This document shows, piece by piece, positions 39,237-51,262 of a stretch of 64,000 bases of DNA (position 1 is the first letter of the stretch; each line of letters opens with the position of its first letter). This stretch comes from Octopus sinensis (lineage: Eukaryota): assembly GCF_006345805.1 (NCBI RefSeq), contig NC_043008.1, forward strand, positions 16,554,001 to 16,618,000, given 5' to 3'. A model generated the notes under the pieces. That model had not been told where the DNA came from. It was given only the letters and a program-made list of their open reading frames with translations, and did no database searches. A program made the translations under genes and the position numbers.

Positions 39237-42200
39237 GATAGACAAGAATAAAAATTGGCATTCTGAAGACATGTAAAATAATAAAAAATAATAGAAAATA
39301 ATAAAATAATGAATAGAATAATAATATGAAAATGAATAAAAGAGGAGAGACTATTAAAAAATTTAATGGGAAAAAGCATTGAAAGAATCAAAATATTACA
39401 ACTTTACAAGGGTTACAAAAGATGGATGTTGCTTGAGAAATATTTTAAAGGTTATGAAATTTATAAAAAAAGTATTTTTGTTTGTTTTTGTTTCAGATTT
39501 CATTTTCTGTAACTCTTTATAGCATTTATGACCAGTGTCGTCTTTGAACACGAAATGTTTAAGAGAATATTTACGACACAGCAACACAGTTCTCATAATA
39601 ATGATGCCACAAAGAGATAAGCGCATACAGCAATACATACGCTCACTCGCTCACACTTATATTTGTATACCTAAGCACACGCACACATACATGTAAATAT
39701 GTGTGTGTGTGTATGAGTGTGACAGTGTGTATGTACATATGAATATGCACGCACTCTTCAACACGTTCAACACTGCCACCCACAATTACATCTAATCGTA
39801 TACATCGACACATGTACAAGCACATCTGCGAACGTATATGCACACATACATACAGACACGATCACAAACACCACATACACACATATAGAAGTAAAATAAA
39901 GTTCTTTGTTGCTTTAATTGACTTTGATTTCAATAATTTTACAAGCAATTTTTGTTTGTAAACTTGTCTCGTGTTCTGAAATAGTTTCTTTTTTGTTTGT
40001 TCTGCTTTCTTTGTTCTTTTCATTTTTGTTGAGTTTGAAAATTTATCAAAGGTAAAACAATACACCACACCACGCATCACAACTGTGTTTACAGTGTTTC
40101 ATTTATTTTTGAACATTATGCAGAATTAACAACGAAGGAGAGTGGCCTACCCAAACCTTTCCTTCGAATACTGTCCATCTCTCTCATAAAATTTTAGAAT
40201 GTATGGAAATTTAATTCATATTATTTCTCTTATTTTCTACCGACAATATTCTTTTTTTTTCGGTGTCTTTTATTCGTCAACCAACATCATTGATTTCAAT
40301 GAAGATAACAATATCTCTTATTGTGAATTTCATACTAGAAACTATTACATTAAACAAACTGTAGTCCTGGTCGTTAAGCCACCGAACAGTTTCAACAACG
40401 GTAAAAACAACAACAGAAATTCATAATCAATATTAAGGGCAAAGCCTTGGATACAGGCCTTCTGCCAGTTTATAGTGTGGTATCATTAAAAATAGAGACA
40501 ACAAAAAAGTATAATCTTACCAGCTCATATCCTTCAATGCGAGGCCATCAACTAATGTGACGAAAATTGATTGGTCTTATAGATTTTATGTGTGATTCAT
40601 AGCGCGACTCGGCCTTTTGTTATGAAACAATGACAGAGAAAATTACCATCTATTTGCCTAGTAACTGAAAGCGATTGTGTTCTACCGTGTCGAAGAAATA
40701 TGGTACGAAAAGGAAATAGTCACATCATGTTACGACTAACATTTAGAATCACCGCACTTCATAAAATGGGCAGTATATTATAGTTTTTCTATTCGTCTTG
40801 GCATAGAGTTTTATAGAAAGAGTGTGGAAAAATTTGTTATTTTAGTAGTTAAAATTCTAAAATCTGCATTAACAACGCATAATTATTAAATCTGGTGTGA
40901 AATATTTTTATGGTCTAAGCTGTCCCTGTGGGTCTTCCTATACTGCACGGAATATTATTAACTACTTGAGAATAAAGCGCTTTTGCTGTGTTTGAACCGT
41001 TAATGTAATTTTAAAAGAGCGTAACATTTATATAGTCAAATCCTTTGAAAATTATTTTAGTAGTTATTTCCCGAAATGCAAGTGGCCTAGATGGAGTTCC
41101 ACCGAAGCTTTCTTGGAGTAACGTTCGTTACTGGATAGACAAGCCGCCACTTGTCCAAATCGAGAGATCACAGGTCTGATTCTATGGGATTGTGGTAAGA
41201 CAGTCTCATCAATGAATCGCTGATCACATTTTACAAGCGAAACGAACGAACTTTATTCTTCACTCAAATACGACCTTATTAAATGCCAAACGTTATAAAA
41301 TCTGATTTTGAAATAACTTGTTTATTAAGGCATTAAGGTTAATTCTTACTTCTGTTTGTATTTATTTATTAGACAACGAGAAACATTTTTATTTATGTAT
41401 TGTTATTAAGTCACATGAGACGTAGATCAGAACTGGGTCCCTAATATATTCAGTGCTGTTTTAAAGTATATGCACACTAGACAGTTGCCCAAGGCCATAC
41501 GGATTTAGGGGCCTAATTCTCAGCTATGTATCATGTAACTTAAAACAATACATACATACTGTAGAGCCCAAAACATTGATTTCCTCGACCCTATAATAAT
41601 ACTGTGAAGATCGCCATTGGTATTTTACTACTATAACGATAGCATCCTGCACAATATGCCTGTGAGTTGGTTTTCGGACGCATATAATTAGAATTAAAAT
41701 GCTTTGCTATATCACAAATAGCTAAACCGCTATATATGGGATGTAGAGTGCGTATGACAATGTTAAATTAATAAACGTATATAACTAAAATTTACATGAG
41801 TAATTTACATGACACCAATATGAAACTCGTAGAGAAGATGACAGCGTTCGAATGTTGCTCTTAGAAAGTTAGATCTCTATATGATATTAATGCCGCCCAC
41901 AGAAAAGACAACTTCAAAAGGTAAATAAGTTATATTTCTCCTTATATGTATTTAACGTTTCTACATTTAAATAAATCGGTATGTGATATTTTTTAAAATA
42001 ATTATTCCACAAAATTTACGTATGTCTTCTAATGTATATATTTTAGATATATTAGTAATGCAAAAAACGCAAGGTGTGTGCGTGTTGTTAGTGCAATTAT
42101 GTATATATAACTCTCTCTATATATATATGCATATTTACATATACGTATACATATTTCTATATGCATGCATATGAGCATGGTATATATTATTCTGAAAATT

Positions 42201-42913
42201 TGATATTTGGATTAATGCTTTTAAAATTGCATAATTTTAGAATAATCTCTGCTACATTTCCAATGATTATGCATATCGCTTTACACTAACACACGCTCAC
42301 GAACACATACTGACAGAAATATATATAAACATATATATAATATATATATCCATAAATATATGGATAACTATATATATACAATACATATACATACATTACA
42401 TATGTGTGTGTATATTGAGAGAGAAAAAGAGACAGAGAGAGCAAGACACAGACGGATATATATTTATAGGTAGATAGTTAGATGCATATATAGATAGATA
42501 AGTGCGCGCCCGGGAGAGCTTATACACGTTAGACACGAAGAATATGTAGAAATCTCTCACCGTTGCACGGAAATAACATTTCTAATTGGATCGCGGCACT
42601 TTTGTGTATGTTAAGTTGTTATTTGCATTATATAACATTAGTTTGTAAACTAACTGAATCACCTGTAGATAATGGAACACCTCGTGCAGAAAATTAGTAA
42701 TGTTATATACTTTTTTGACACTATCACTTCACGTATGGAATTTTCATTTGATATGTTTTGTCGTTCGGATTTCAAAAGGTAAAATTATTATATATACTGA
42801 TCTATATACCGGCTTGTTCCAAAAATAATATATAGATTCAAAGAGTGATATATATGAAAACACACACATATACACATACACGTACACAAAACGCACCCAC
42901 ATATACTTAATAG

Positions 42914-42945
<32 letters not shown>

Positions 42946-42953
<8 letters not shown>

Positions 42954-44157
42954 ATGAGGGTGTCTAAAAGACACCAACATGCCGAAATAGCAGTCGAAAC
43001 TCTAACTATAAAACCACGTTAAATGTTCATATCGCACCATGAGGTAAAGCGGAGGGACAAAACATACAAGCAAAAATTATTGAATAATTCAAGATCCAAG
43101 GATTTCTGGTTCTGCTTTAGATAAGCTTTACCGTCATCAATTGAATATATCAAGGGTACATAAATACAGATACGTATATGCACAGCAAACGATATACTTA
43201 CATACACGAGCGTCGCACATACATACATATGCACGTATGGACACAGCCAGTTTGAATCGCCCGCCAAATCACCGCAGAAGTACGATATGGTTAAAATAAG
43301 CACCGCAGTGAATATAATAACGAATTATATAAATTTATATATGAGGATAATATCGATATTTAAGTGTCGAAATTATCAAGTGGCCAGCATGAAAGAAATA
43401 CCTTACAAAGGTAAAAAAAATTTTTTTTTTAACAATTAAAAATGAGGGTGTCTAAAAGACACCAACATGCCGAAATAGCAGTCGAAACTCTGACTATAAA
43501 ACCACGTTAAATGTTCATATTGTACCATGAGGTAAAGCGAGGGACAAAACATACAAGCAAAAATTATTGAATAATTCAAGATCCAAGGATTTCTGGTTCT
43601 GCTTTAGGTAAGCTTTACCGTCATCAATTGAATATATCAAGGGTACATAAATACAGATACATATATGCACAGCAAACGATATACTTACATACACGAGCGT
43701 CGCACATACATACATATGCACGTATGGACACAGCCAGTTGAATCGCCCGCCAAATCACCGCAGAAGTACGATATGGTTAAAAAAGCACCGCAGTGAATAT
43801 AATAACGAATTATATAAATTTATATATGAGGATAATATCGATATTTAAGTGTCGAAATTATCAAGTGGCCAGCATGAAAGAAATACCTTACAAAGGTAAA
43901 AAAAATTTTTTTTTTAACAATTAAAAATGAGGGTGTCTAAAAGACACCAACATGCCGAAATAGCAGTCGAAACTCTGACTATAAAACCACGTTAAATGTT
44001 CATATTGTACCATGAGGTAAAGCGGAGGGACAAAACATACAAGCAAAAATTATTGAATAATTCAAGATCCAAGGATTTCTGGTTCTGCTTTAGGTAAGCT
44101 TTACCGTCATCAATTGAATATATCAAGGGTACATAAATACAGATACATATATGCACA
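42946..44157 (+). repeat. tandem array of a ~488-bp unit (about 2.5 copies)
   Basis: AATTAAAAATGAGGGTGTCTAAAAGACACC restarts at 42946, 43434 and 43919; units near-identical. Confidence 0.97.
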
Positions 44158-44453
44158 TATATTCAATTGATGACGGTAAAGCTTATCTAAAGCAGAACCA
44201 GAAATCCTTGGATCTTGGATTATTCAATAATTTTTGCTTGTATGTCTTGTCCCTCCGCTTTACCTCATGGTGCGATATGAACATTTAACGTGGTTTTATA
44301 GTCAGAGTTTCGACTGCTATTTCGGCATGTTGGTGTCTTTTAGACACCCTCATTTTTAATTGTTAAAAATTTTCTTACCTTTGTAAGGTATTTCTTTCAT
44401 GCTGGCCACTTGATAATTTCGACACTAAATATCGATATTATCCTCATATATAA

Positions 44454-44462
<9 letters not shown>
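43811..44462. repeat. fold-back palindrome, arms of ~313 and ~306 bp, 33-bp spacer
   Basis: 44157-44462 is the reverse complement of 43811-44123 with a few substitutions and indels. Confidence 0.95.
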
Positions 44463-44518
<56 letters not shown>

Positions 44519-44558
44519 ATATTCGTAATAATAACACATGCATTACTATATATATATA

Positions 44559-44614
<56 letters not shown>

Positions 44615-44974
44615 TATATATATACGGACACAACATACAACACATATGTGTATGTATGCATTTATGTATATATCATGCAATTGCATACACGCATACACAT
44701 ACATATAAGTAATTGAATACTTCATGAAAAAATTTGAATAATATTTGGCCAAGAAAAATTCGTGTAAAACGGTTTCATGTAAAATCGGACTACCATAGGA
44801 GGCAATATTAAACCAACAATCGTCAGATCTGGTTGTCTGAGAAAGGAATAAATATCGTCTTTTAAGTGAATCTGCAGCTAATTGTTTTCGATCAGGATAA
44901 AGATTATCTGTAGAGCTTAACTATGTAAAAAAAAAAGAAAAAAACCGGATCAAAATTCGAACAGATTGTAGCCA

Positions 44975-45145
44975 TACCAATCCACAGATCTGCTAAGACT
45001 TCCGGAGTTATAGCCCTTGGCTTAACTTGAAAAACCTTATTTGAATCCAAAATATGTTATAAACGTGGCACGTTGATGTAGGTATATTAGCTACGCACAC
45101 CTGTGAAGCAAACTGAAAACAGAAGAATGACACCGGAAGTCGCTG
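44975..45145. promoter_or_regulatory. candidate promoter/enhancer (CCAAT plus two ETS sites)
   Basis: CCAAT 44977-44981, ACTTCCGG 44998-45005, ACCGGAAGT 45132-45140; motif evidence only. Confidence 0.2.
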
Positions 45146-45829
45146 AGGTTCTTGGTTTATAAATTATTAAATATTATTTCAATTGTAGAGTTAAAATACT
45201 AGGCGGCGTCCCTAGAATTCGAACTCAGTACGACAAAGAAGCGCGTCAAATCGAAAGCATTCTCTTTGGCGCAGTAATGGCAGACAACCCACTGCTTCCT
45301 ATTTTTCTGGTCCTCACTCATTCTCATAAATAATCTCTCTTTTAATATACAAAAAACAAATAACATGCGTCTGTACTTAGACACACACACATATATACAT
45401 ATATAAATATATAAAGAGTGAGAGAGAGAGAGAGAGAGGCAGAAACAGACAAGCAAACAGAGAGACAGGCAGGCAGATAGATAGATAAATTGATAGATGG
45501 ATAGTTATTTACATAGCTACAAGTCTACATACGTTCGTACTTATAGAAATACACGTTCGCATATAAATAAATGCTTCGATAGCGGAGAGAAAGAGAGTCA
45601 GAGGGACAGAAAGGTAGAAAGGCAGTGACAGAGAGAGAGAGATGGAGAGAATATTTACTTTTGTTTGTCTTCTCGGATATCTATTTGTACATATCTTTCT
45701 TATTAAATATTGAAATACATTGCATGTTATATATCAATACTATAATTATTTATGAACACACGCACAGACACAGAAACTAAGCTCGTGTTGCTCTCATGCG
45801 CACATATATAGATATATGTGTATGTTCTC

Positions 45830-45999
45830 ATATATGATATAACATATTGTACCAATATATATATATATGTATGTATGTATCTATCTCTCTCTATATATAT
45901 ACACACATATATATATATATATATATATGTATGTATATGTAGGTATGCATCTATCTATATGTATATACATATATAAATATATATATATATATTAATATA

Positions 46000-46055
<56 letters not shown>

Positions 46056-46069
46056 ATAATATATATAAA

Positions 46070-46102
<33 letters not shown>

Positions 46103-46229
46103 AGATAGATATAGATAGATAGATAGATAGATATACATATTATATATATATATAAATATATATATTGTATATATTTGCATGATAATATATACTATATGTA
46201 ATATATATATATATATTATTATATATATA

Positions 46230-46282
<53 letters not shown>

Positions 46283-46291
46283 GTAATATAT

Positions 46292-46353
<62 letters not shown>

Positions 46354-46410
46354 GTATATATATATTCAATCAGCAAATATACGCCAACAATGATAGCCAT
46401 GCATATATAT
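45830..46410. repeat. very long compound (TA)n/(GATA)n microsatellite
   Basis: Directly visible. Confidence 0.97.
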
Positions 46411-46674
46411 ATCTTCAAATGTCTTCACATTATAGATATCTCTTCACCACCAAATTATACGGCACTGTTATGTCCTGGCCCCTTTTGATATCTTCTGTTT
46501 CTCAACGTTTACGCCAGTGTCACAGCAGGAAGTTATGTACATATCTAATTAATGTGACATCAAACGTGTCCACATGCTACGATTTACAGTGTAACACGAG
46601 ATCTACTTAAATCAATTGTATTCCGAGAAACATCATTCTACAACATTCCTTTTTTATCTAATTTCATTTTCTTT

Positions 46675-46752
46675 ATCATTGTTATTATCATCATTATTAT
46701 TATCATTATTATTATTATTATTACTATTATTATTATTATTATTATTATTTAC

Positions 46753-46801
<49 letters not shown>

Positions 46802-46962
46802 TATCATCATCATCATCATCATTATTATTATTATTATATTATTATTATCATTATTATTATTATTATCATTATTATTATTATTATTATTATTAATATTATT
46901 ATTATTATTACTATTATTATTATTATTATTATTTATCATCATCATCATCATCATTATTATTA

Positions 46963-46999
<37 letters not shown>

Positions 47000-47025
47000 T
47001 ACCATTATTATTATTGTTATTATTA

Positions 47026-47071
<46 letters not shown>

Positions 47072-47117
47072 CATTATTATTATTATTATTATCATTATTA
47101 TTATCATTATTATTATT
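46675..47117 (+). repeat. (TTA)n/(TCA)n trinucleotide array
   Basis: Directly visible; source of the poly-I/Y/L/N ORFs. Confidence 0.97.
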
Positions 47118-47878
47118 TATATGTATTCGTCTATCTTACTTTTATTTCAATTCATATTCTACTTCGCTTTTTTTTATTTTTTTATTTTTTTCATTATCCA
47201 TATCTTTCGATAAGAAATTTCTCTCTATTTCCACAATTTATCCTTTCTGTTATGTCATAACTTATCTCGAATTCTGTATGAATCAATTCGAATTCATTAC
47301 TTCGTCACTTCTTTCTTTCCGATGTTTTCCCTTTATTTCTCCGCATTTCGTTCTTCTTTGTTTGTTTCTTAATTTATATATTCAAAATCTATTACATAAT
47401 ATATATATACGTATGTGCCCGCGTGTGTATGTCTATGTACGTATGGCTGTTTATGCATTATTTTAAAATCCTGTTTTTTTTTTACTGTATATATATTTTA
47501 TTTTTCTTTCCTAAATTTGACCATATTTGAAGGATTATGTATTATTTTGTAAACTATTCCGATAAAATATCAACAACTTTAATTTGTAGAGTTCGTTTTT
47601 TTTTTTTTTTTACTTTCCTTAAATTGTTTCCATGATTTTTCTTTTCCTAATTCCCATTTATTTTATACGTAGAAGCAAAGCTTCAAGGTTTCCAGAATAT
47701 ATTTCGATTACGTTAATTGTAATTCCGTATGCTACATATGATTATATTTATTCCGGCAACGAAAGAAACTATATTCAGTTTCTCAAGCTACTAGCTTTAG
47801 TTATGACAGGCTAGATTTTAAACAATTTGCTCCATTTCAATAAGAATGGAATTAAAAATTCAATATAGTAACCCGCCT

Positions 47879-48125
47879 CTTTTACTCTTTCATTTGTTTC
47901 AGTCATTTGACTGTGGCCGTACTGGAGCACCACCTTTAGTCGAGCAAATCAACCCCAGGACTTATTCTTTGTAAGCCTCGTACTTATTCTATCGGTCTGT
48001 TTCGCCGAATCGCTAAGTTACGGGGACGTAAACACACCAGCGTTGTTGGGGAGGGGACAAAGAGAGAGACACAAACATATACACACACTTACACATACAT
48101 ACTACATACATACATACATACATAT

Positions 48126-48165
<40 letters not shown>

Positions 48166-48331
48166 CGTGTATAACGGATTTATTTCAGTTTCCTTCTATC
48201 AAATCCACTCACAAGGCTTTGATCAGCTCGAGGCTATAGAAGACACATGCCCAAGGTTCCTCGTAGTGGGATTGAACCTGGAACCATGTGGTTCGTAAGC
48301 AAGCTACTTACCACGCAGCCACTCTTACCCC
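47879..48331 (-). mobile_element. SINE family B, full length with internal microsatellite
   Basis: Colinear with the 20.8 and 59.7 kb copies from (CTTTTA)-like tail repeat to head. Confidence 0.9.
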
Positions 48332-48399
48332 TTATACTTTTTATAAAGATGTTCCCAGTTTATATCAGATATATATATATGGACTTTACACAAAGATTA

Positions 48400-48575
48400 A
48401 AGACAACAACGCGAGGATGTAGAACAAGTATAGTGTTATTGGACTCTCGGGAAAGGAATGAAAGAAGGAGGATTAACCTTTCGAGCCTAGCTCTTCGTTA
48501 GAAACATAGAAAAAAGGAAGGATCCAAGGAAGGGAAGACAGAGGAAAAAATCGCCAACGATACATACGCAATCAG
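48400..48575 (-). mobile_element. probable Penelope-like terminus with a degenerate hammerhead core at 48470-48505
   Basis: Minus strand GUUU-CUAACGA-A-GAGC-UAG-GCUC-GAAA-G-GUU; same stem II and flank (ACAAGTAT...CTC.GG) as 32.8 kb. Confidence 0.45.
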
Positions 48576-48830
48576 ATATTGAATGACCGGAAGAGAATGA
48601 GTAGTGAAATTAATATGAAAAATACAACCTAAATCTATGCAGGTTATAGCTGTTAACTCTTTTGATGTGAACAAATTGATGATAGAACTATTCACAAATG
48701 GCATGGTATCGAAACACTACTAAATTATTGGTAATTCCTTAGCGTGACGTATCTTTGTGTCTAATACAGCCTCCTCCACGATTTGTACCCAATCATCGAT
48801 ATGGGAATAAATGCGTAAATAAATATATAA

Positions 48831-48871
<41 letters not shown>

Positions 48872-49269
48872 AAGATAGATATACAGATAGATAGACCTAG
48901 CTAGATAATATAAATACATGAATAAAAAAAATGCATAAATAAATTTAGTATCATTTCTCTGCCGTTGCGTTCAGCAGACAACGCAGATATGAAGTCGAGA
49001 GGTTAGCTCGCCTCTTATGTCACGTAAAAGATCAACAGCGAATATCGAGCTCACATTTTAAAGTAGATAGCTATGAAAAAAAAACAAAAAAAAACAAACA
49101 AACAAAAATTCACGTAGGCAGAAGCGATCATCCAATTAGTCTGAGCGTTTTGTTTTTTTTTTGTTTTTTGTTCCTGTCTGCCACTGAGATCCCACACTGG
49201 GATCGATAAACATTTCCTGGTTTTAATTGAATACGAAAGTAATACCTTATTTACATTCTGGGGCACTTT

Positions 49270-49546
49270 CTATCTCTCTGTCTCTCTTCTCTGTTTCTCT
49301 TCTCTCTCTCTCTCTCTCTCTCTCTCCCTCTCTCTCTCTCTTGTCTCTCTCAATAAACGGTATACAGACAACTTTAAACGTATAGGTACATGCACACATA
49401 CGAGGCAGAAACACATATGAACACATACATATATACACACACATATATATATATACATGCGTGAGTGTACATAAAATACAAAACCGCACACGCATAAATG
49501 TATATATATATATACGTATATATATGTATATATATATATGTATAAA

Positions 49547-49590
<44 letters not shown>

Positions 49591-49740
49591 TTTATGTATA
49601 TATGTATGTATGTATGCATGTGTGGGTGTACACTCATATGAATAGAACACCGTTAAAAACAAGAAAGTATATATATTTGTTTGTATGCTTGTGTGTGTAT
49701 GTGTGTGTGTGTGCGTGTGTGTGCATGTGTGCGTAAATGA
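49270..49740. repeat. (CT)n followed by compound (TA)n/(TG)n microsatellites
   Basis: Directly visible. Confidence 0.9.
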
Positions 49741-50221
49741 ATACATTTACATTCAAACCTACACAGGCAAAGACACACACACACACGTATATACACTCTC
49801 CACCACACGTATTTATCTATATATATACACGCATCTTCATATATATATATATAACAAATAGAAAAGAGCATGATGTTGGCTTTGTATTTACCGGATATCA
49901 CTGGAGTTTCATGTACGTCATGTATACCAGTGATCGGCCATATGACATATATAAATAGCTAAATTCTGTAAAGAACGATAGGGTAAAATTCTGATTGCAC
50001 TTGGAATTTACAACGAAGCAGAGTCAGCGAAATTCAGCGACAAAATGGGTGACAACAAAATGTGTGTATATCACTGCTATTGTGTTATGGAACCCACAGT
50101 GTGACATCACCCAGCTGTACTTACACCCAAAATATTGTTGTAACTAAACATTAGGAATAATTACAAGTACTTCTGATGTTGTAAGTCTCTCGATAAAAAC
50201 CGTCTCTTTACGGCAATTAAA

Positions 50222-50382
50222 TGTTACATTATTTACATTATTTATATTTGACGGATACTTGTTTCGGCTGATATACCATCCGGCCTTCATCAGGTGTCTT
50301 GGGGAAATGGCGTAGTTGGTTAAGAGCGCGGTCTACTAACCCCAAGATTCCGAGTTCGATTCCAGGAAGTGACCTAAATAAT

Positions 50383-50416
<34 letters not shown>

Positions 50417-50565
50417 TTGAAAAATACCTTAGGCATTGGAACCTAGGTTCACAATTTCCCCAAGGTACCTGATGAAAGCTAGAGGGTACATCAGACGAAA
50501 CGTTGTGTTAACCAACAATAAAGATGAGGACATATATAATTCCTCACCCTTAAATATAGAACTGT
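50222..50565 (+). mobile_element. composite element: inverted tail copy + tRNA-like head + (AAT)n + hammerhead-containing Penelope-type tail
   Basis: A-box TGGCGTAGTTGG 50308-50319; B-box GAGTTCGATTCC 50352-50363; CTGATGA 50469-50475 and GAAAC 50497-50501; 50261-50308 is an inverted copy of 50454-50501. Confidence 0.65.
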
Positions 50566-50657
50566 AATTAAATAGTAGTCATAGAATATTTAGAAAGTGG
50601 AGGAAATTTATACTGATTTTGTGTTTTCACTACGCCCGAGATATTAAATCTTGTTCG

Positions 50658-51052
50658 AAGGCGGCGAGCTGGCGAAATGCTTTGCGGTATTTCGTCTGCG
50701 GCTACGTTTTGAGTTCAAATTCCGCCGAGGTTAACTTTGCCTTTCATCCTTTGGGGGTCGATAAATTAAGTACCAGTTACGCACTGGGGTCGATATAATC
50801 GACTTCATCCGTTTGTCTGTCATTGTTTGTCCTCCCTGTGTTTAGCCCCTTGTGGGTAGTAAAGAAATAGAAATAGGAACTTGGTCTGTCTTTACGTTCT
50901 GAGTTCAAATTCCGCCGAGGTCGACTTTGCCTTTCATCCTTTCAGGGTCGATAAATTAAGTACCAGTTACGTACTGGAGTCGGTCTTATCTGCTGCCTCC
51001 CTGCCCCCCCCCCAAAAAAAATTTCGGGCCTTCTGCCTAGTGTAGAAAAGAA
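50658..51052 (+). mobile_element. SINE family A dimer (beta unit plus alpha unit)
   Basis: Head GGCGGCGAGCTGGC with an internal deletion; body repeats after AAAGAAATAGAAATAGG; ends GGCCTTCTGCCTAGTGTAGAAAAG. Confidence 0.88.
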
Positions 51053-51140
51053 TATATTTCTTAACGATGGTAAATGCTGAAATAAAAGTAATATATTATA
51101 ATATATATGACTATATATTTCTGACTTATAATGAATAACA

Positions 51141-51144
<4 letters not shown>

Positions 51145-51226
<82 letters not shown>

Positions 51227-51262
51227 ACTCTCTCTCTCACTCTCTCTCACTCTCTCTCTCTC
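51145..51262 (+). repeat. (CT)n microsatellite
   Basis: Directly visible. Confidence 0.97.

Noticed and set aside
42946-44157. Tandem array as CRISPR or rDNA-type repeat
   Set aside because: Eukaryotic context, whole units near-identical with no unique spacers, and no 5S or other rRNA motifs recognised.
50308-50374. tRNA-like heads here and in SINE families A, B and C as genuine tRNA genes
   Set aside because: They keep A and B boxes but no complete cloverleaf or acceptor stem, and run into SINE bodies.
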